DNA from: an uncultured Candidatus Saccharibacteria bacterium
GTDB taxonomy: Bacteria; Patescibacteriota; Minisyncoccia; Phycocordibacterales; JAACPR01
Length of the DNA stretch: 64,000 bases
Assembly (NCBI GenBank): GCA_964538855.1
Contig: CAZIEY010000001.1
Span: 18,811 to 82,810, forward strand
Reading direction: 5' to 3'
Position numbers and translations under genes: made by a program. Position 1 is the first letter of the stretch, and each line of letters opens with the position of its first letter. This document shows, piece by piece, positions 1 to 10,183 of the stretch. The notes beneath the pieces are model-generated. The model ran no database searches, was not told where the DNA came from, and saw nothing but the letters and a program-made list of their open reading frames with translations.

Positions 1-426
1 CACTATTCCCCTACCAGATTGTTCCGCTGCTTCATGTGCAATTTTCACGAGCCGATCTATGCGCACATTTTGTTTAATGGTGCGTTCCGTCATTATAGGC
101 ACAATCCGAGTAACACCGACTTCGACAGATTTTTGTACGACGGTTTCAAAGTTTTCTTTTTTCAAAACAGCGCAATATAGATTCACTTCGCGCTTTGGCT
201 CATTCTGATTTTTTATCTTGCCAGCAAGAGCAAGTTCAATACCATCATCTGTGATTTTCATTATCACAGCCTCTGATTCAAAACCACTACCGTTGCATAC
301 AACAATCTTCTCAGAAATCTTGAATCGCAAAACATTCACCCATTGATTGATGATTTCGGAGTTTGTGACAACCAAAGTCGATTGATCCAAATTAAAGGAG
401 GGATCGATAAAACGGTGTATTTTCAT
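1..426 (-). CDS. rsmE: 16S rRNA (uracil1498-N3)-methyltransferase RsmE, N-terminal part; the gene continues off the window edge
   Basis: Minus-strand translation from the ATG at 424-426 gives MKIHRFIDPSFNLDQSTLVVTNSEIINQWVNVLRFK...VQKSVEVGVTRIVPIMTERTIKQNVRIDRLVKIAHEAAEQSGRGIV. This matches the RsmE PUA-like N-terminus and the ELGV...SERS...AxEQSGR pattern. It was not in the ORF track because it is truncated by the edge. Confidence 0.7.
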   Translation of the reverse strand, partial: MKIHRFIDPSFNLDQSTLVVTNSEIINQWVNVLRFKISEKIVVCNGSGFESEAVIMKITDDGIELALAGKIKNQNEPKREVNLYCAVLKKENFETVVQKSVEVGVTRIVPIMTERTIKQNVRIDRLVKIAHEAAEQSGRGIV

Positions 427-465
427 GGTTTTTATTGTATCAAAAGATGGTGACCTCACAAGCTA

Positions 466-493
466 TTGACAAGTTCATAAGGGAGCGTATAAT
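466..493 (+). promoter_or_regulatory. Consensus sigma70 promoter TTGACA-16-TATAAT
   Basis: TTGACA at 466-471 and TATAAT at 488-493 are separated by 16 nt. The predicted transcription start is near 500. Confidence 0.55.
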
Positions 494-499
494 TTATAG

Positions 500-712
500 C
501 AGAGAGATATGAATGTTGCAGTTGAAAGGCTTTTGGCAAAGATTGTTTGATAATAGCTCGTTACAAAACGCCCTATTATCACTCATTTCTCTGTCACAAG
601 ACCCTTTCCTCACTTCTATCTCACCCACAGTCGCACCTCCCTGTTCTTTTTTCCCCGCGACTGTACCATTTTCAAACGCCCACCCCACCAGGTGCGCGTT
701 TTTATTTTTGTG
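500..712 (+). promoter_or_regulatory. Long pyrimidine/C-rich 5' leader ending in an intrinsic-terminator-like hairpin 20 nt before the cmk ATG; candidate attenuator or riboswitch-like leader
   Basis: The leader contains C-rich tracts (ccctttcctcacttctatctcacccacagtcgcacctccctgttcttttttcccc). The hairpin acgcccacc/ggtgcgcgt at about 677-699 is followed by a TTTTTATTTTT run. There is no room for another promoter before cmk. Confidence 0.4.
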
Positions 713-731
713 ATACTATTTCATTATCTAA

Positions 732-1325
732 ATGCCTAAAAAGACCATCATCAGCATCGCCGGAAAGCCAGGAAGTGGAAAATCAACCACAGGAAAACTG
801 CTCGCGCAACAACTTGGATACAAACACGAATCAACTGGTGATTTTATACGCATGCTCGCAGAAAAGCGCGGAATAACTTTGGACCAATTAACACACCTCG
901 CGGAAACTGACCCGGCATTTGATGAAGAGTTTGATCGCCACAATACAGAAGTTGGCAAGGGTGAAAAAATCGTAATTGACTCACGTCTCGGCTTTCATTT
1001 CATTCCAGATTCTTTTAAAGTATTTCTCGATATAGATAATACGGTCGCGGCGGAACGAATTCTTTCTAATATAAAAGTAAACCAGGCTCGAAAAAATGAA
1101 TCGCGATACAATTTTGATTCAATCAAAGATGTTGCCAGTTCCATTACCAAACGACTCGCGAGCGAACGGTTGCGATACAAAAAAATGTACAGCATACAAA
1201 ATCACACAGCACCAGAAAACTTTGACTTGGTTATTCACACAGATTCGCCAGAATTTAGCGGAAAAATTGAGGCAGTTGTTGAAAAAATTAAGAAAGAATA
1301 CGAAAATTGGCTCAATCTTCGATAA
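732..1325 (+). CDS. cmk: Cytidylate kinase
   Basis: P-loop GKPGSGKST is present, the length is 197 aa, and NMP-kinase-like blocks match cytidylate kinases. Confidence 0.8.
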   Translation: MPKKTIISIAGKPGSGKSTTGKLLAQQLGYKHESTGDFIRMLAEKRGITLDQLTHLAETDPAFDEEFDRHNTEVGKGEKIVIDSRLGFHFIPDSFKVFLDIDNTVAAERILSNIKVNQARKNESRYNFDSIKDVASSITKRLASERLRYKKMYSIQNHTAPENFDLVIHTDSPEFSGKIEAVVEKIKKEYENWLNLR

Positions 1326-1338
1326 ATTATACATACCT

Positions 1339-1366
1339 TGACATACAGAACCTGTATAGTATAATG
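1339..1366 (+). promoter_or_regulatory. Consensus sigma70 promoter TTGACA-16-TATAAT immediately downstream of cmk
   Basis: TTGACA at 1339-1344 and TATAAT at 1361-1366. Confidence 0.55.
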
Positions 1367-1372
1367 AATAAA

Positions 1373-1606
1373 GGTGCATCGGATCTGCTGATGCAACAAG
1401 GGTAATCCACCAGGAAATACCCTCACTACAGACGACAGATTAGTTGTTGCCTGACAAGAACAACTACTACCTGAGGCCAAATTTCTACGCGTCGAACTTA
1501 CATTCGACTAACGGCGTGCAGAACCGAGGTCTCCTGTCTACAGCCCAAACCAATCAAGAACGCAGCTCTGAGACTGTGTGAGATACGGTCGTGGGCTGTA
1601 TTTTTT
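1373..1606 (+). ncRNA. Unclassified ~230-nt non-coding transcript (candidate structured sRNA) running from the consensus promoter to an intrinsic terminator
   Basis: No credible ORF. Local hairpins include gcatc/gatgc, gggta/taccc, tagttgtt/aacaacta and gtcgaa/ttcgac. A terminal helix cagccca...tgggctg is followed by a T8 run at about 1596-1606. It could not be matched by eye to tmRNA, RNase P, SRP or 6S consensus. Confidence 0.35.
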
Positions 1607-2062
1607 TTATTTTCTCCACTTTCGAAACACCTCGATACGATTCATTTCTTTATCAATCAAGGCTTGGAATTTTGCAAAATCAATATCTGATTCAAATTCT
1701 TTTTCTTTTGCAATTTTAACAGCGCGAGCATGAGCTTCTTCAGCACGCTTTACATCAATGTCACTCGCCAGTTCTGATCGAGTCGCCAGAATAATCACTT
1801 CAGTTACCCGCTGTTTTTTAACCGAGCTTTCACGAACTTCAACAACACCAGATGAAATGGCGAGCGGAATAATTTCGTTGTGATCTGGTTTTTTGATGCG
1901 AATCTCCCCCGTCTGTATCATAGTTACAAGCGGACGATGATTTGGCAAAATGGTAATTTCACCCGTTTGAGTCGGCACACTAATTTCGGTAATGTTGTCC
2001 TCATATACCACGCGTTCCGGCGTTATGATTTTCAATTTAATTATGTGGAGTAATTCAGCCAT
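1607..2062 (-). CDS. atpC: F-type ATP synthase epsilon subunit
   Basis: 151 aa. Its position at the end of the ATP synthase operon and its sequence fit an epsilon-like beta-sandwich. Confidence 0.85.
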   Translation of the reverse strand: MAELLHIIKLKIITPERVVYEDNITEISVPTQTGEITILPNHRPLVTMIQTGEIRIKKPDHNEIIPLAISSGVVEVRESSVKKQRVTEVIILATRSELASDIDVKRAEEAHARAVKIAKEKEFESDIDFAKFQALIDKEMNRIEVFRKWRK

Positions 2063-2065
2063 GGA

Positions 2066-3475
<1,410 letters not shown>

Positions 3476-4387
3476 TTAACTGGTTTGTAATGCCTCTGCC
3501 CCCGCGATGATTTCTGCCACTTCTTGTGTAATGTTTGCCTGACGCGCTCGGTTATACGTCAGCACCAGCGAATCGACAATTTCGGTGGCGTTCTTTGTCG
3601 CATTCTGCATCGCAAACATTCGTGAGCAATGCTCTGATGCGCCAGCCTCGAGCATCATTTGGAACAAAAGTGTGGTGATAAAGTCCGGGATAATAGTGTC
3701 CAAAATGTGCTGCTCACTCGGCTCGAATATATATTCGGCCATACCTTTTTCGGTGGGTGTGAAGTTATCCTTGATACCATCAGAATCAAAAACGATTTCA
3801 CGAGACACCGCGGTTGTAACCGGCAAAATTTGTTTTACACAAGTCACATATGACATTTGGCTTATACATTCTGTGTAAGCCACTATGACGTGTTTGTATT
3901 TTTCACCTGTTCCGAAATTTGCAAGAATATGATTTTGCAACATCGTAATGTGCGCCGAATCAAAATCATCTTTGAACTCATTGAATCGTTCGATCACTGC
4001 AAGACCAAATCGACGTGCAATTTTTTCAGCTTGTTTACCAATAGTGATGCACTCAACAATTTCTCCAGGATGAGACTTGATATATTTATTCACCATCTTT
4101 GAGACATTCACATTGTATGAACCGCACAAACCTTTGTTCGAAGCGATAATCACCATGAGAGTTGCCGTGCCTTTTCCTTCTTCCATGAGCGGATGTGTGA
4201 TGTTTCGCTCGCTCACCAACGTCTTCAGGATTTCAAGTGCATATTTTGCATATTCACGAGATGCAGACGCGCGCGCAGTAGCTTTACGCATTTTGGCAAC
4301 CGACACCATTTCCATAGTGCGTGTAATTTTTCGGATGTTTTGCACCGAAACAATTTTTTGTTTGATTGTTTTAATTTGCGTCGCCAT
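3476..4387 (-). CDS. atpG: F-type ATP synthase gamma subunit
   Basis: 303 aa, located between the alpha and beta genes. The C-terminus AEIIAGAEALQ is gamma-like. Confidence 0.88.
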   Translation of the reverse strand: MATQIKTIKQKIVSVQNIRKITRTMEMVSVAKMRKATARASASREYAKYALEILKTLVSERNITHPLMEEGKGTATLMVIIASNKGLCGSYNVNVSKMVNKYIKSHPGEIVECITIGKQAEKIARRFGLAVIERFNEFKDDFDSAHITMLQNHILANFGTGEKYKHVIVAYTECISQMSYVTCVKQILPVTTAVSREIVFDSDGIKDNFTPTEKGMAEYIFEPSEQHILDTIIPDFITTLLFQMMLEAGASEHCSRMFAMQNATKNATEIVDSLVLTYNRARQANITQEVAEIIAGAEALQTS

Positions 4388-4390
4388 ACA

Positions 4391-5899
4391 TTATTTTACC
4401 GCCTCGTCAGCTCGACTCTTTTTAAATTCAGTGATTGCTTCCTTGAGTTGCGCTTTTACATCATCATTCCAATCTTTTTCGAGCGCGACAATCAAATCAC
4501 TTTTGCTTGTTTCCATAAAATGGTGCAAGTCTTTTTCGAATTTTTTGATGTCCGCCATCGCAACATCATCAGCGAAACCTTCGTTCACCGAGAAAATTGA
4601 AGCAACTTGTTTTGCCACACGAAGCGGTTTGTATTGATCTTGCTTCAAAATTTCAATTGTCTTTCTTCCGCGATCAATAGATTTTTTAGTTGTTGCGTCC
4701 AAATCGGAATCAAATTGCGCAAAGCTTTCCAATTCGCGGAATTGTGCAAGTGACAATTTCATTGGTCCCGCATTTTTCTTCATCGATTTTGTCTGGGCCG
4801 ATCCACCTACACGTGACACCGATAACCCAACGTTAATCGCCGGTCGCACGCCCTTGTAGAACAATGATGATTCGAGGAAAATTTGTCCGTCAGTAATTGA
4901 AATTACGTTTGTCGGAATATATGCGGAAATATCTCCACCCTGTGTTTCAATAATCGGCAAAGCAGTGATAGAACCGCCGCCCACTTCGGCACTTCGGCGA
5001 CACGCTCGTTCAAGCAATCGTGAGTGCAAATAGAACACGTCTCCAGGGTAAGCTTCGCGACCAGGCGGACGTCGAAGCAAAAGTGAAATTTCTCGATATG
5101 CATTCGCATGTTTTGTGAGGTCGTCATAAATAATCAAAACGTCTTCACCTTTTTCCATAAAATATTCGGCGATCGCAACACCGGCATACGGAGCGAGATA
5201 CAGAAGCGACGCATTATCAGAAGCTCCGGCCAAAACGACAGTTGTATACTCCATCGCACCGCGTTTTTCCAGTTCCTGAACTACGCGCATAACTTTTGAT
5301 TTCTTTTGACCGATTGCAACATACACACATTTCACGCCATTACCTTTCTGATTCACGATTGCATCGATTGCAAGCGCAGTTTTTCCTGTCTGACGATCAC
5401 CAATAATCAATTCGCGTTGACCGCGTCCAATCGGCACGAGACAGTCAATCACCTTGATACCGGTTTGCATCGGCACGTTTACAGACTGTCGATCCATCAC
5501 ACCTGGCGCAACTCGTTCAATCGGCATTTCTTTTTTGCCTTTGATCGGTTTACCACCATCAACCGGCGTCATGATCGGATCAACTACACGACCGAGCACA
5601 TCATCAGACACGAGAATAGAGAGCACTTTACCCGTTCGTTTAACACGGTCACCTTCTTTGACAGCGCTCGCATTACCAAGAATCACGGCACCGACGGTGT
5701 CTTCTTCCAAGTTAAGTGCGAGTGCGAAAAGTCCTTCACCAATTTCAAGCATTTCAGATGCCATACATCCAGAAAGCCCTGAAATTTTTGTGATACCGTC
5801 CGAAACAGACACCACATTTCCAAATTCAACCACATCAACGCTATGTTCGAATTTTTCTATTTTCCCTTGTAAGCTTTTGATAATTTCTGAGACGGCCAT
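4391..5899 (-). CDS. atpA: F-type ATP synthase alpha subunit
   Basis: [18 protein letters not shown] and the remaining alpha-subunit blocks are present. Confidence 0.95.
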   Translation of the reverse strand: MAVSEIIKSLQGKIEKFEHSVDVVEFGNVVSVSDGITKISGLSGCMASEMLEIGEGLFALALNLEEDTVGAVILGNASAVKEGDRVKRTGKVLSILVSDDVLGRVVDPIMTPVDGGKPIKGKKEMPIERVAPGVMDRQSVNVPMQTGIKVIDCLVPIGRGQRELIIGDRQTGKTALAIDAIVNQKGNGVKCVYVAIGQKKSKVMRVVQELEKRGAMEYTTVVLAGASDNASLLYLAPYAGVAIAEYFMEKGEDVLIIYDDLTKHANAYREISLLLRRPPGREAYPGDVFYLHSRLLERACRRSAEVGGGSITALPIIETQGGDISAYIPTNVISITDGQIFLESSLFYKGVRPAINVGLSVSRVGGSAQTKSMKKNAGPMKLSLAQFRELESFAQFDSDLDATTKKSIDRGRKTIEILKQDQYKPLRVAKQVASIFSVNEGFADDVAMADIKKFEKDLHHFMETSKSDLIVALEKDWNDDVKAQLKEAITEFKKSRADEAVK

Positions 5900-5900
5900 A

Positions 5901-6290
5901 TTAGTGTGTAATTAATTGTGCTTGTAATCGTCGTAATTGATGTTTGATGCTCGCGTCATACTGAAACCCTCTGTATGTTGCAACGAATCCCCCGATAAGT
6001 TCTCTGTCTGTGTGAAGTTCTATATTCACCGCGTCATCGGCCCGCAACATTTTGGCAATGTCTCGTGTTACTGTTTGATCAATTGGTAACCCAGACATCA
6101 CATGAAGCGTCTCGAAACGCGCATCTCGCGACAGTGCATCGAGCGCAAATCGGAGAGCCCGAATTGCGAGCGTCTCTAACTTATGTTCGGCAATGTAATC
6201 AGTAAAGGCAGCAAGCACATGTTCGTGCGGATGCGTATTCTGTCGAAGTAATTGATACAGCGCTTTGCCAAGTTGTTGTGAAGAAATCAT
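5901..6290 (-). CDS. atpH: F-type ATP synthase delta (OSCP) subunit, short form
   Basis: 129 aa. The C-terminal [25 protein letters not shown] resembles the delta C-terminus, and the gene sits between atpF and atpA. Confidence 0.7.
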   Translation of the reverse strand: MISSQQLGKALYQLLRQNTHPHEHVLAAFTDYIAEHKLETLAIRALRFALDALSRDARFETLHVMSGLPIDQTVTRDIAKMLRADDAVNIELHTDRELIGGFVATYRGFQYDASIKHQLRRLQAQLITH

Positions 6291-6775
6291 ACTTTTAATT
6301 TTTGAATGTAACTTTTTTGCATGTCTTCCGTCATGCTTTCTTTGAGAACTTTCTCAATACCAGAAATCACCATCGTGGCAGTTTCTTTTTCGAGCTGTTC
6401 TCGCATCGCTACTCGATCTGCCGCAGTTTTTTGTTCTGCCGCAGTTCTGATTTTATCGGCTTCTTGAATTGCCTTGGCTTCAGCAGCAGAGATAATTGTC
6501 TGCCCCTTTTCCGAAGCTTCGCCTACAATTTTGTTTGCTTGCAATTTCGCGTCACCAACTGTTTTATTACGAATTTCTTCGGCCATCATCACGTCAGTCG
6601 CAGCTTTTTCTGCATCAGCTAAACCCTTGGCAATTTTGTCTTGTCGTTCTGCGATGGCTTTTTTGAGCGGACCGAATGCAAACTTTTTCAAAATGAAAAA
6701 GATAATCAAAAAGTTGAACAAGTTCGCAAGTGCAACCTGCCAATCAAAACCAATTTTGCCGAGGATTTCTAACAT
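6287..6775 (-). CDS. atpF: F-type ATP synthase subunit b
   Basis: A single N-terminal transmembrane segment is followed by a long charged helix, and the gene sits in the operon position for subunit b. Confidence 0.8.
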   Translation of the reverse strand: MLEILGKIGFDWQVALANLFNFLIIFFILKKFAFGPLKKAIAERQDKIAKGLADAEKAATDVMMAEEIRNKTVGDAKLQANKIVGEASEKGQTIISAAEAKAIQEADKIRTAAEQKTAADRVAMREQLEKETATMVISGIEKVLKESMTEDMQKSYIQKLKV

Positions 6776-6802
6776 GAAGGTGGGTTAAACGATTTTAATA
6801 AA

Positions 6803-7024
6803 TTACAACATGAAGAACGCAACGAATGCGTAAATCGCTGTTGATTCCGCGAGCGCAGCACCAATAATCATTTTTGGAAAAATTGTTGCAGCTGCGTCTG
6901 GATTTCGACCCATTGCTTCCATCGCTTTTGCGATAATCCAACCTTGTGCAAATGCGGCTCCGGCTTGTGCAATCGTCATTGTGATTGCTTTTGCTATTAA
7001 TCGTACTGATTCTACGTGTTCCAT
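6803..7024 (-). CDS. atpE: F-type ATP synthase subunit c
   Basis: 73 aa. It has a two-helix hairpin with a conserved carboxylate context (GAALAESTAIYAFV). Confidence 0.88.
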   Translation of the reverse strand: MEHVESVRLIAKAITMTIAQAGAAFAQGWIIAKAMEAMGRNPDAAATIFPKMIIGAALAESTAIYAFVAFFML

Positions 7025-7115
7025 ATATTTTAAATTATTTTAATAATGTGCAAATACAATTTTGCAGTCTCGATTCTTCCCTCGCAATCCCTGGAACAAT
7101 CGACACCGCACAATT

Positions 7116-7949
7116 CTATTTGGCGGGTTCTGCTGTAGCAGATAATTCGTGATGATTGCCATGCGAAGCATCATCGCCCTCGCCTTTGGCTGCGAGCATA
7201 TAATACGACGTAATGAGCGAAGTAAACACAATCGCCTGCACCACACCGACCAAAATTGACATCGCTGTCCACGTCACCGGCAATACAAGAGCGAAAGCTC
7301 CCAAAATAAGTGTCGCTAAGACCTCGCCCGCATAAATATTACCAAAAAGACGAAGCGACATCGAAACAACTCGAGCGAGTTCACCGACGATATCCAAAAA
7401 GCCAATCGCAAAGTCGATAAGTGCGATGAAACCGTCGGCGATACTTTTCTTGAAGCCGTGGACGACTTCTTCGACTTTAATGTATTTATTAATGTATTTC
7501 CACACACCAAAATCTTTGATGGCTACAATTTGCAATGCAATCAATGTGGCGAATGCGAGCCCAAATGTAGTGTTAAAGTCAGAAGTTGAAGGTCGGAACA
7601 TGTGCATGTGATCATATTTAAATGACAAAATCCCTGGCACCATACCGAGCAGGTTTGCTGTCGCGATATACAAAAATACTGTTGCGAGTGTTGGCAATAA
7701 ATATGCCGCAGTTTTTTTACTTCCTGTAATTTGAGTGAGAAGTCCTTCAATTGCTTCTAAAATTGATTCAAAACCCGCCTGAATTTTTCCGGGGCGAATT
7801 TTATATGTTCGATACGCAGCCACACAGATGATTCCAAAGATAATTGTGATGAGTACAGAGAACAGGGTCGAGTCAGTAATTTTAAAGCCCGCTATTTCAA
7901 AAATCATATGTGGGTGAACTCCTAAAATTTCTCGGTGAAACTGAAACAT
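7116..7949 (-). CDS. atpB: F-type ATP synthase subunit a
   Basis: The LRLFGNIYAGEVL motif carrying the essential Arg is present in a polytopic membrane protein. Confidence 0.88.
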   Translation of the reverse strand: MFQFHREILGVHPHMIFEIAGFKITDSTLFSVLITIIFGIICVAAYRTYKIRPGKIQAGFESILEAIEGLLTQITGSKKTAAYLLPTLATVFLYIATANLLGMVPGILSFKYDHMHMFRPSTSDFNTTFGLAFATLIALQIVAIKDFGVWKYINKYIKVEEVVHGFKKSIADGFIALIDFAIGFLDIVGELARVVSMSLRLFGNIYAGEVLATLILGAFALVLPVTWTAMSILVGVVQAIVFTSLITSYYMLAAKGEGDDASHGNHHELSATAEPAK

Positions 7950-7953
7950 ACGT

Positions 7954-8319
7954 TTATGTCTGGTTAGATATAGATGTTACCACAGTTTTTGCAGCGAGAC
8001 GAGCTTGCTTTATTTGCTCATCCATTGTGCGCAATGTCACTAATTTTTTACGATATGCACGAATTGTAATGGCCCACGAACCGACAAAAGCAAAAAATAA
8101 AAGCACGAGCTGTATGCCCCGTGTTTCAAAAAATATATTAAGTCTTTTTCCTACAAACACTGCCAGAACTGCCGGGATTCCAAAGATGAAAATCGTATTG
8201 AAAGCTAGCCAGAAAAAGCCAGTTATGAAATCATCCCGTCTTTGTTCTAGTTCCTTAACAAGGTCCATAAAATACAAAAATACCCCGATATTATACACGA
8301 AAATGGTCCTTGTGGACAA
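7954..8319 (-). CDS. Small membrane protein heading the ATP synthase operon (AtpI/AtpZ-like); assignment tentative
   Basis: 121 aa with 3-4 transmembrane segments. It lies immediately upstream of atpB on the same strand. Confidence 0.4.
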   Translation of the reverse strand: MSTRTIFVYNIGVFLYFMDLVKELEQRRDDFITGFFWLAFNTIFIFGIPAVLAVFVGKRLNIFFETRGIQLVLLFFAFVGSWAITIRAYRKKLVTLRTMDEQIKQARLAAKTVVTSISNQT

Positions 8320-8495
8320 TGCTTGACAAAAAATGTGGGTGTGATAACGTATTTTGCAGAATTACTGAGTATCACAATTTATGGTCACACTAAACGCAAT
8401 CAAACTACCGACGTGCGTTGGATGTTTGGTCGCTGCCATTATTGAGTGATATTTGGTAATAGATAGAATCCCCAAACAGGATTCGGAAAGGTCAC

Positions 8496-9038
8496 ATGAA
8501 ACGCATCATCACGACGCTTATGACCATCGCCACGGGCTTGACCGCCTACACCGTGGAACCCCAGATCATCGGCACCATCTCCGACAAGGCGACGGGCATC
8601 CAGGATCTCAAGGGCAATCCCATCGTGGCCACCGCCTCGTCCTCGGCCCAGCTCGTGCTGGCCGGCGACAAGGAATCCTACCTGGTCCACCTGTCCATTC
8701 CCCTCAACAACCTGGGCATGGAGGAGGTCGGCCTGGTCTGCAAGGACACCAAGGACGGTGGCATCGCCATCACCGGCGCCATGAACAAGGAGAAGGGTCC
8801 CACCAAAGTGGAACTCAACTCCTACACCACGGACGGCGGATTGCAGATCGTGCTGATCAAGGGCGACACCAAGCAAACGCTGACCATTCCCGACCAGGGA
8901 GTGCGGCAGCAGATGGTGACGCAGCGCAACAAGGCCAGCGGCGAACTGAAATCCAACTTCGCGATCATGCTCGACATGAAGACGAAGTCAACCGCCAGCC
9001 TCGGCCCCGCACCCGCCGGCAATACCTCCGGCACGTAA
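8496..9038 (+). CDS. Hypothetical secreted protein encoded in a strongly GC-rich (about 62% GC) island
   Basis: A signal-peptide-like N-terminus MKRIITTLMTIATGLTAYT. The SD-like GGAAAGG lies 4 nt before the ATG. Codon usage is high-GC (ATC/GGC/ACC), unlike the neighbouring genes. A terminator follows. Confidence 0.55.
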   Translation: MKRIITTLMTIATGLTAYTVEPQIIGTISDKATGIQDLKGNPIVATASSSAQLVLAGDKESYLVHLSIPLNNLGMEEVGLVCKDTKDGGIAITGAMNKEKGPTKVELNSYTTDGGLQIVLIKGDTKQTLTIPDQGVRQQMVTQRNKASGELKSNFAIMLDMKTKSTASLGPAPAGNTSGT

Positions 9039-9039
9039 A

Positions 9040-9110
9040 GCATGGAAGCTCCCCCTAGAGGAGCTGCCCATCACCCCCAACCCTTAACCGGCGAGGGGGT
9101 CTTTTTTTAT
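9040..9110 (+). terminator. Rho-independent terminator after the GC-rich gene
   Basis: A GC stem (ccccc.../gggggtc) is followed by a T7 run at about 9098-9106. Confidence 0.5.
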
Positions 9111-9129
9111 AAAAACCATGTTTTCGACT

Positions 9130-9732
9130 TTACTTACACTCCCCCTCCTCCACATTCAAAACAACTTTTTCAAATCCAGCCATTGTAAACATTGCGGTTA
9201 ATTGCTTCTCCGCATTAGCACGCGCCACCATCAAAATCCCTGCGTCACACGCGGCTTGTCGAATTGAAATTTCAGCTGCGAGACGAGCTTCGGATTCAAG
9301 TTGAGGATCGCCTTTAGTAAAAATCCCGAGCTTGCGGTCATAGACACGAGTTTTTTCGTTGTCCAAACGGCTTACCAAAATTTCAGGGCTCGGCATGTCG
9401 ATTTCGAGGCTCGTGCCAGACACCTTTACATCGCCCGCCTCCAATTTCGCCAAATCAAAACCCGCAATCACATCCGCATGTGCAATGAGCAAAATCTTGT
9501 CGCCATATAAAATGTTTTGAAACGCGTTACCTTGGACGCCACCTTCAATAATTTTCTCGAGCGTAAATGACGCAGTTTCCAAACGATTGAACGACTTAAT
9601 TTCCTTGACCACGCTCGCCTGATTGAGCAAAATTCGCGATTCAGGTCCCGCAAAAAATGAATACAATTTGTAAGCTCCAAGCAAAAGAACAACGAACACA
9701 ATTATCGAGAGAATGTTTTTAAGAATTTTCAT
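9130..9732 (-). CDS. Membrane-anchored protein, DUF4230-like (tentative)
   Basis: 200 aa with an N-terminal transmembrane segment. The overall pattern is similar to DUF4230 proteins as recalled. No enzymatic motif was seen. Confidence 0.45.
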   Translation of the reverse strand: MKILKNILSIIVFVVLLLGAYKLYSFFAGPESRILLNQASVVKEIKSFNRLETASFTLEKIIEGGVQGNAFQNILYGDKILLIAHADVIAGFDLAKLEAGDVKVSGTSLEIDMPSPEILVSRLDNEKTRVYDRKLGIFTKGDPQLESEARLAAEISIRQAACDAGILMVARANAEKQLTAMFTMAGFEKVVLNVEEGECK

Positions 9733-9825
9733 ACTTTGTATTCTATCACAATTTCTTTGACAAAGACAGTTTATTGTTTTAAGGTGTTTACCAGGCGAAC
9801 AAACTCAACCAAAGGAGAGTCAGGC

Positions 9826-10083
9826 GTGAAAAAACCGAGTCCCAACGAGCGGGCACTGAAAATCGCAGAGAGAGCATGGCTGAAGACGCAAAAAGGAAGC
9901 CCGTCCGAAAGAAGGGCTTGGGCGTGTTGGCTGCGAATCTGCGAGACTGCGGATGAAATTGAAGAGGTAGGCGTCTTTGCATCCACTGTTGAACAGCAAC
10001 AGATGGTACTCAACCGCTTGTTGCAAATCACCAGGAAGCTGATGATTGAGCGAGATCTCCGGCACAATCCCCACAAACCATAG
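9826..10083 (+). CDS. Hypothetical 85-aa protein (GTG start) in a GC-elevated segment
   Basis: A strong SD, AAAGGAGAG, lies 6 nt before the GTG at 9826. It is in frame with track ORF 9736..10083, whose listed start is a TTG. A terminator hairpin follows. Confidence 0.45.
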   Translation: MKKPSPNERALKIAERAWLKTQKGSPSERRAWACWLRICETADEIEEVGVFASTVEQQQMVLNRLLQITRKLMIERDLRHNPHKP

Positions 10084-10105
10084 CCCTTGGAAAAAGGAGG
10101 TATGA

Positions 10106-10183
10106 ATGAACGGCCCCGCACCTGCTCGGCGGGCCGTTTTCTTTACACCACGCCCCACCCGCGTTACACTAATCTGCATATGA
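10106..10183 (+). CDS. Candidate 25-aa leader uORF (MNGPAPARRAVFFTPRPTRVTLICI) overlapping the downstream transporter start by ATGA
   Basis: GGAGG at 10096-10100 lies 5 nt before the ATG at 10106. The uORF spans the terminator hairpin at 10110-10136. Its TGA stop at 10181-10183 overlaps the ATG at 10180. Confidence 0.3.
   Translation: MNGPAPARRAVFFTPRPTRVTLICI
10108..10145 (+). terminator. Intrinsic terminator/attenuator hairpin
   Basis: The stem cggccc...gggccg is followed by TTTTCTTT. Confidence 0.5.

Noticed and set aside
1373-1606. Attempted classification of the ncRNA candidate as tmRNA, SRP RNA, RNase P RNA or 6S RNA
   Set aside because: It is too short for tmRNA or RNase P. It has no GGAA-tetraloop domain-IV motif for SRP. 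6S cannot be confirmed without folding or a covariance model, so it is left unclassified.
8439-9058. Overlapping long ORFs in other frames or strands (8453..9058 +, 8439..8876 -, 8822..9043 -) within the GC-rich island
   Set aside because: High GC suppresses stop codons in all frames. Only the 8496..9038 frame has an SD-like start, a signal peptide and a coherent (non low-complexity, non Arg/Gly/His-rich) sequence.
10087-10179. N-terminal 31 codons of the 376-aa track ORF (MEKGGMNERPRTCSAGRFLYTTPHPRYTNLH)
   Set aside because: These codons overlie the terminator hairpin and the SD of the uORF. The hydrophobic transporter sequence begins at the ATG at 10180.
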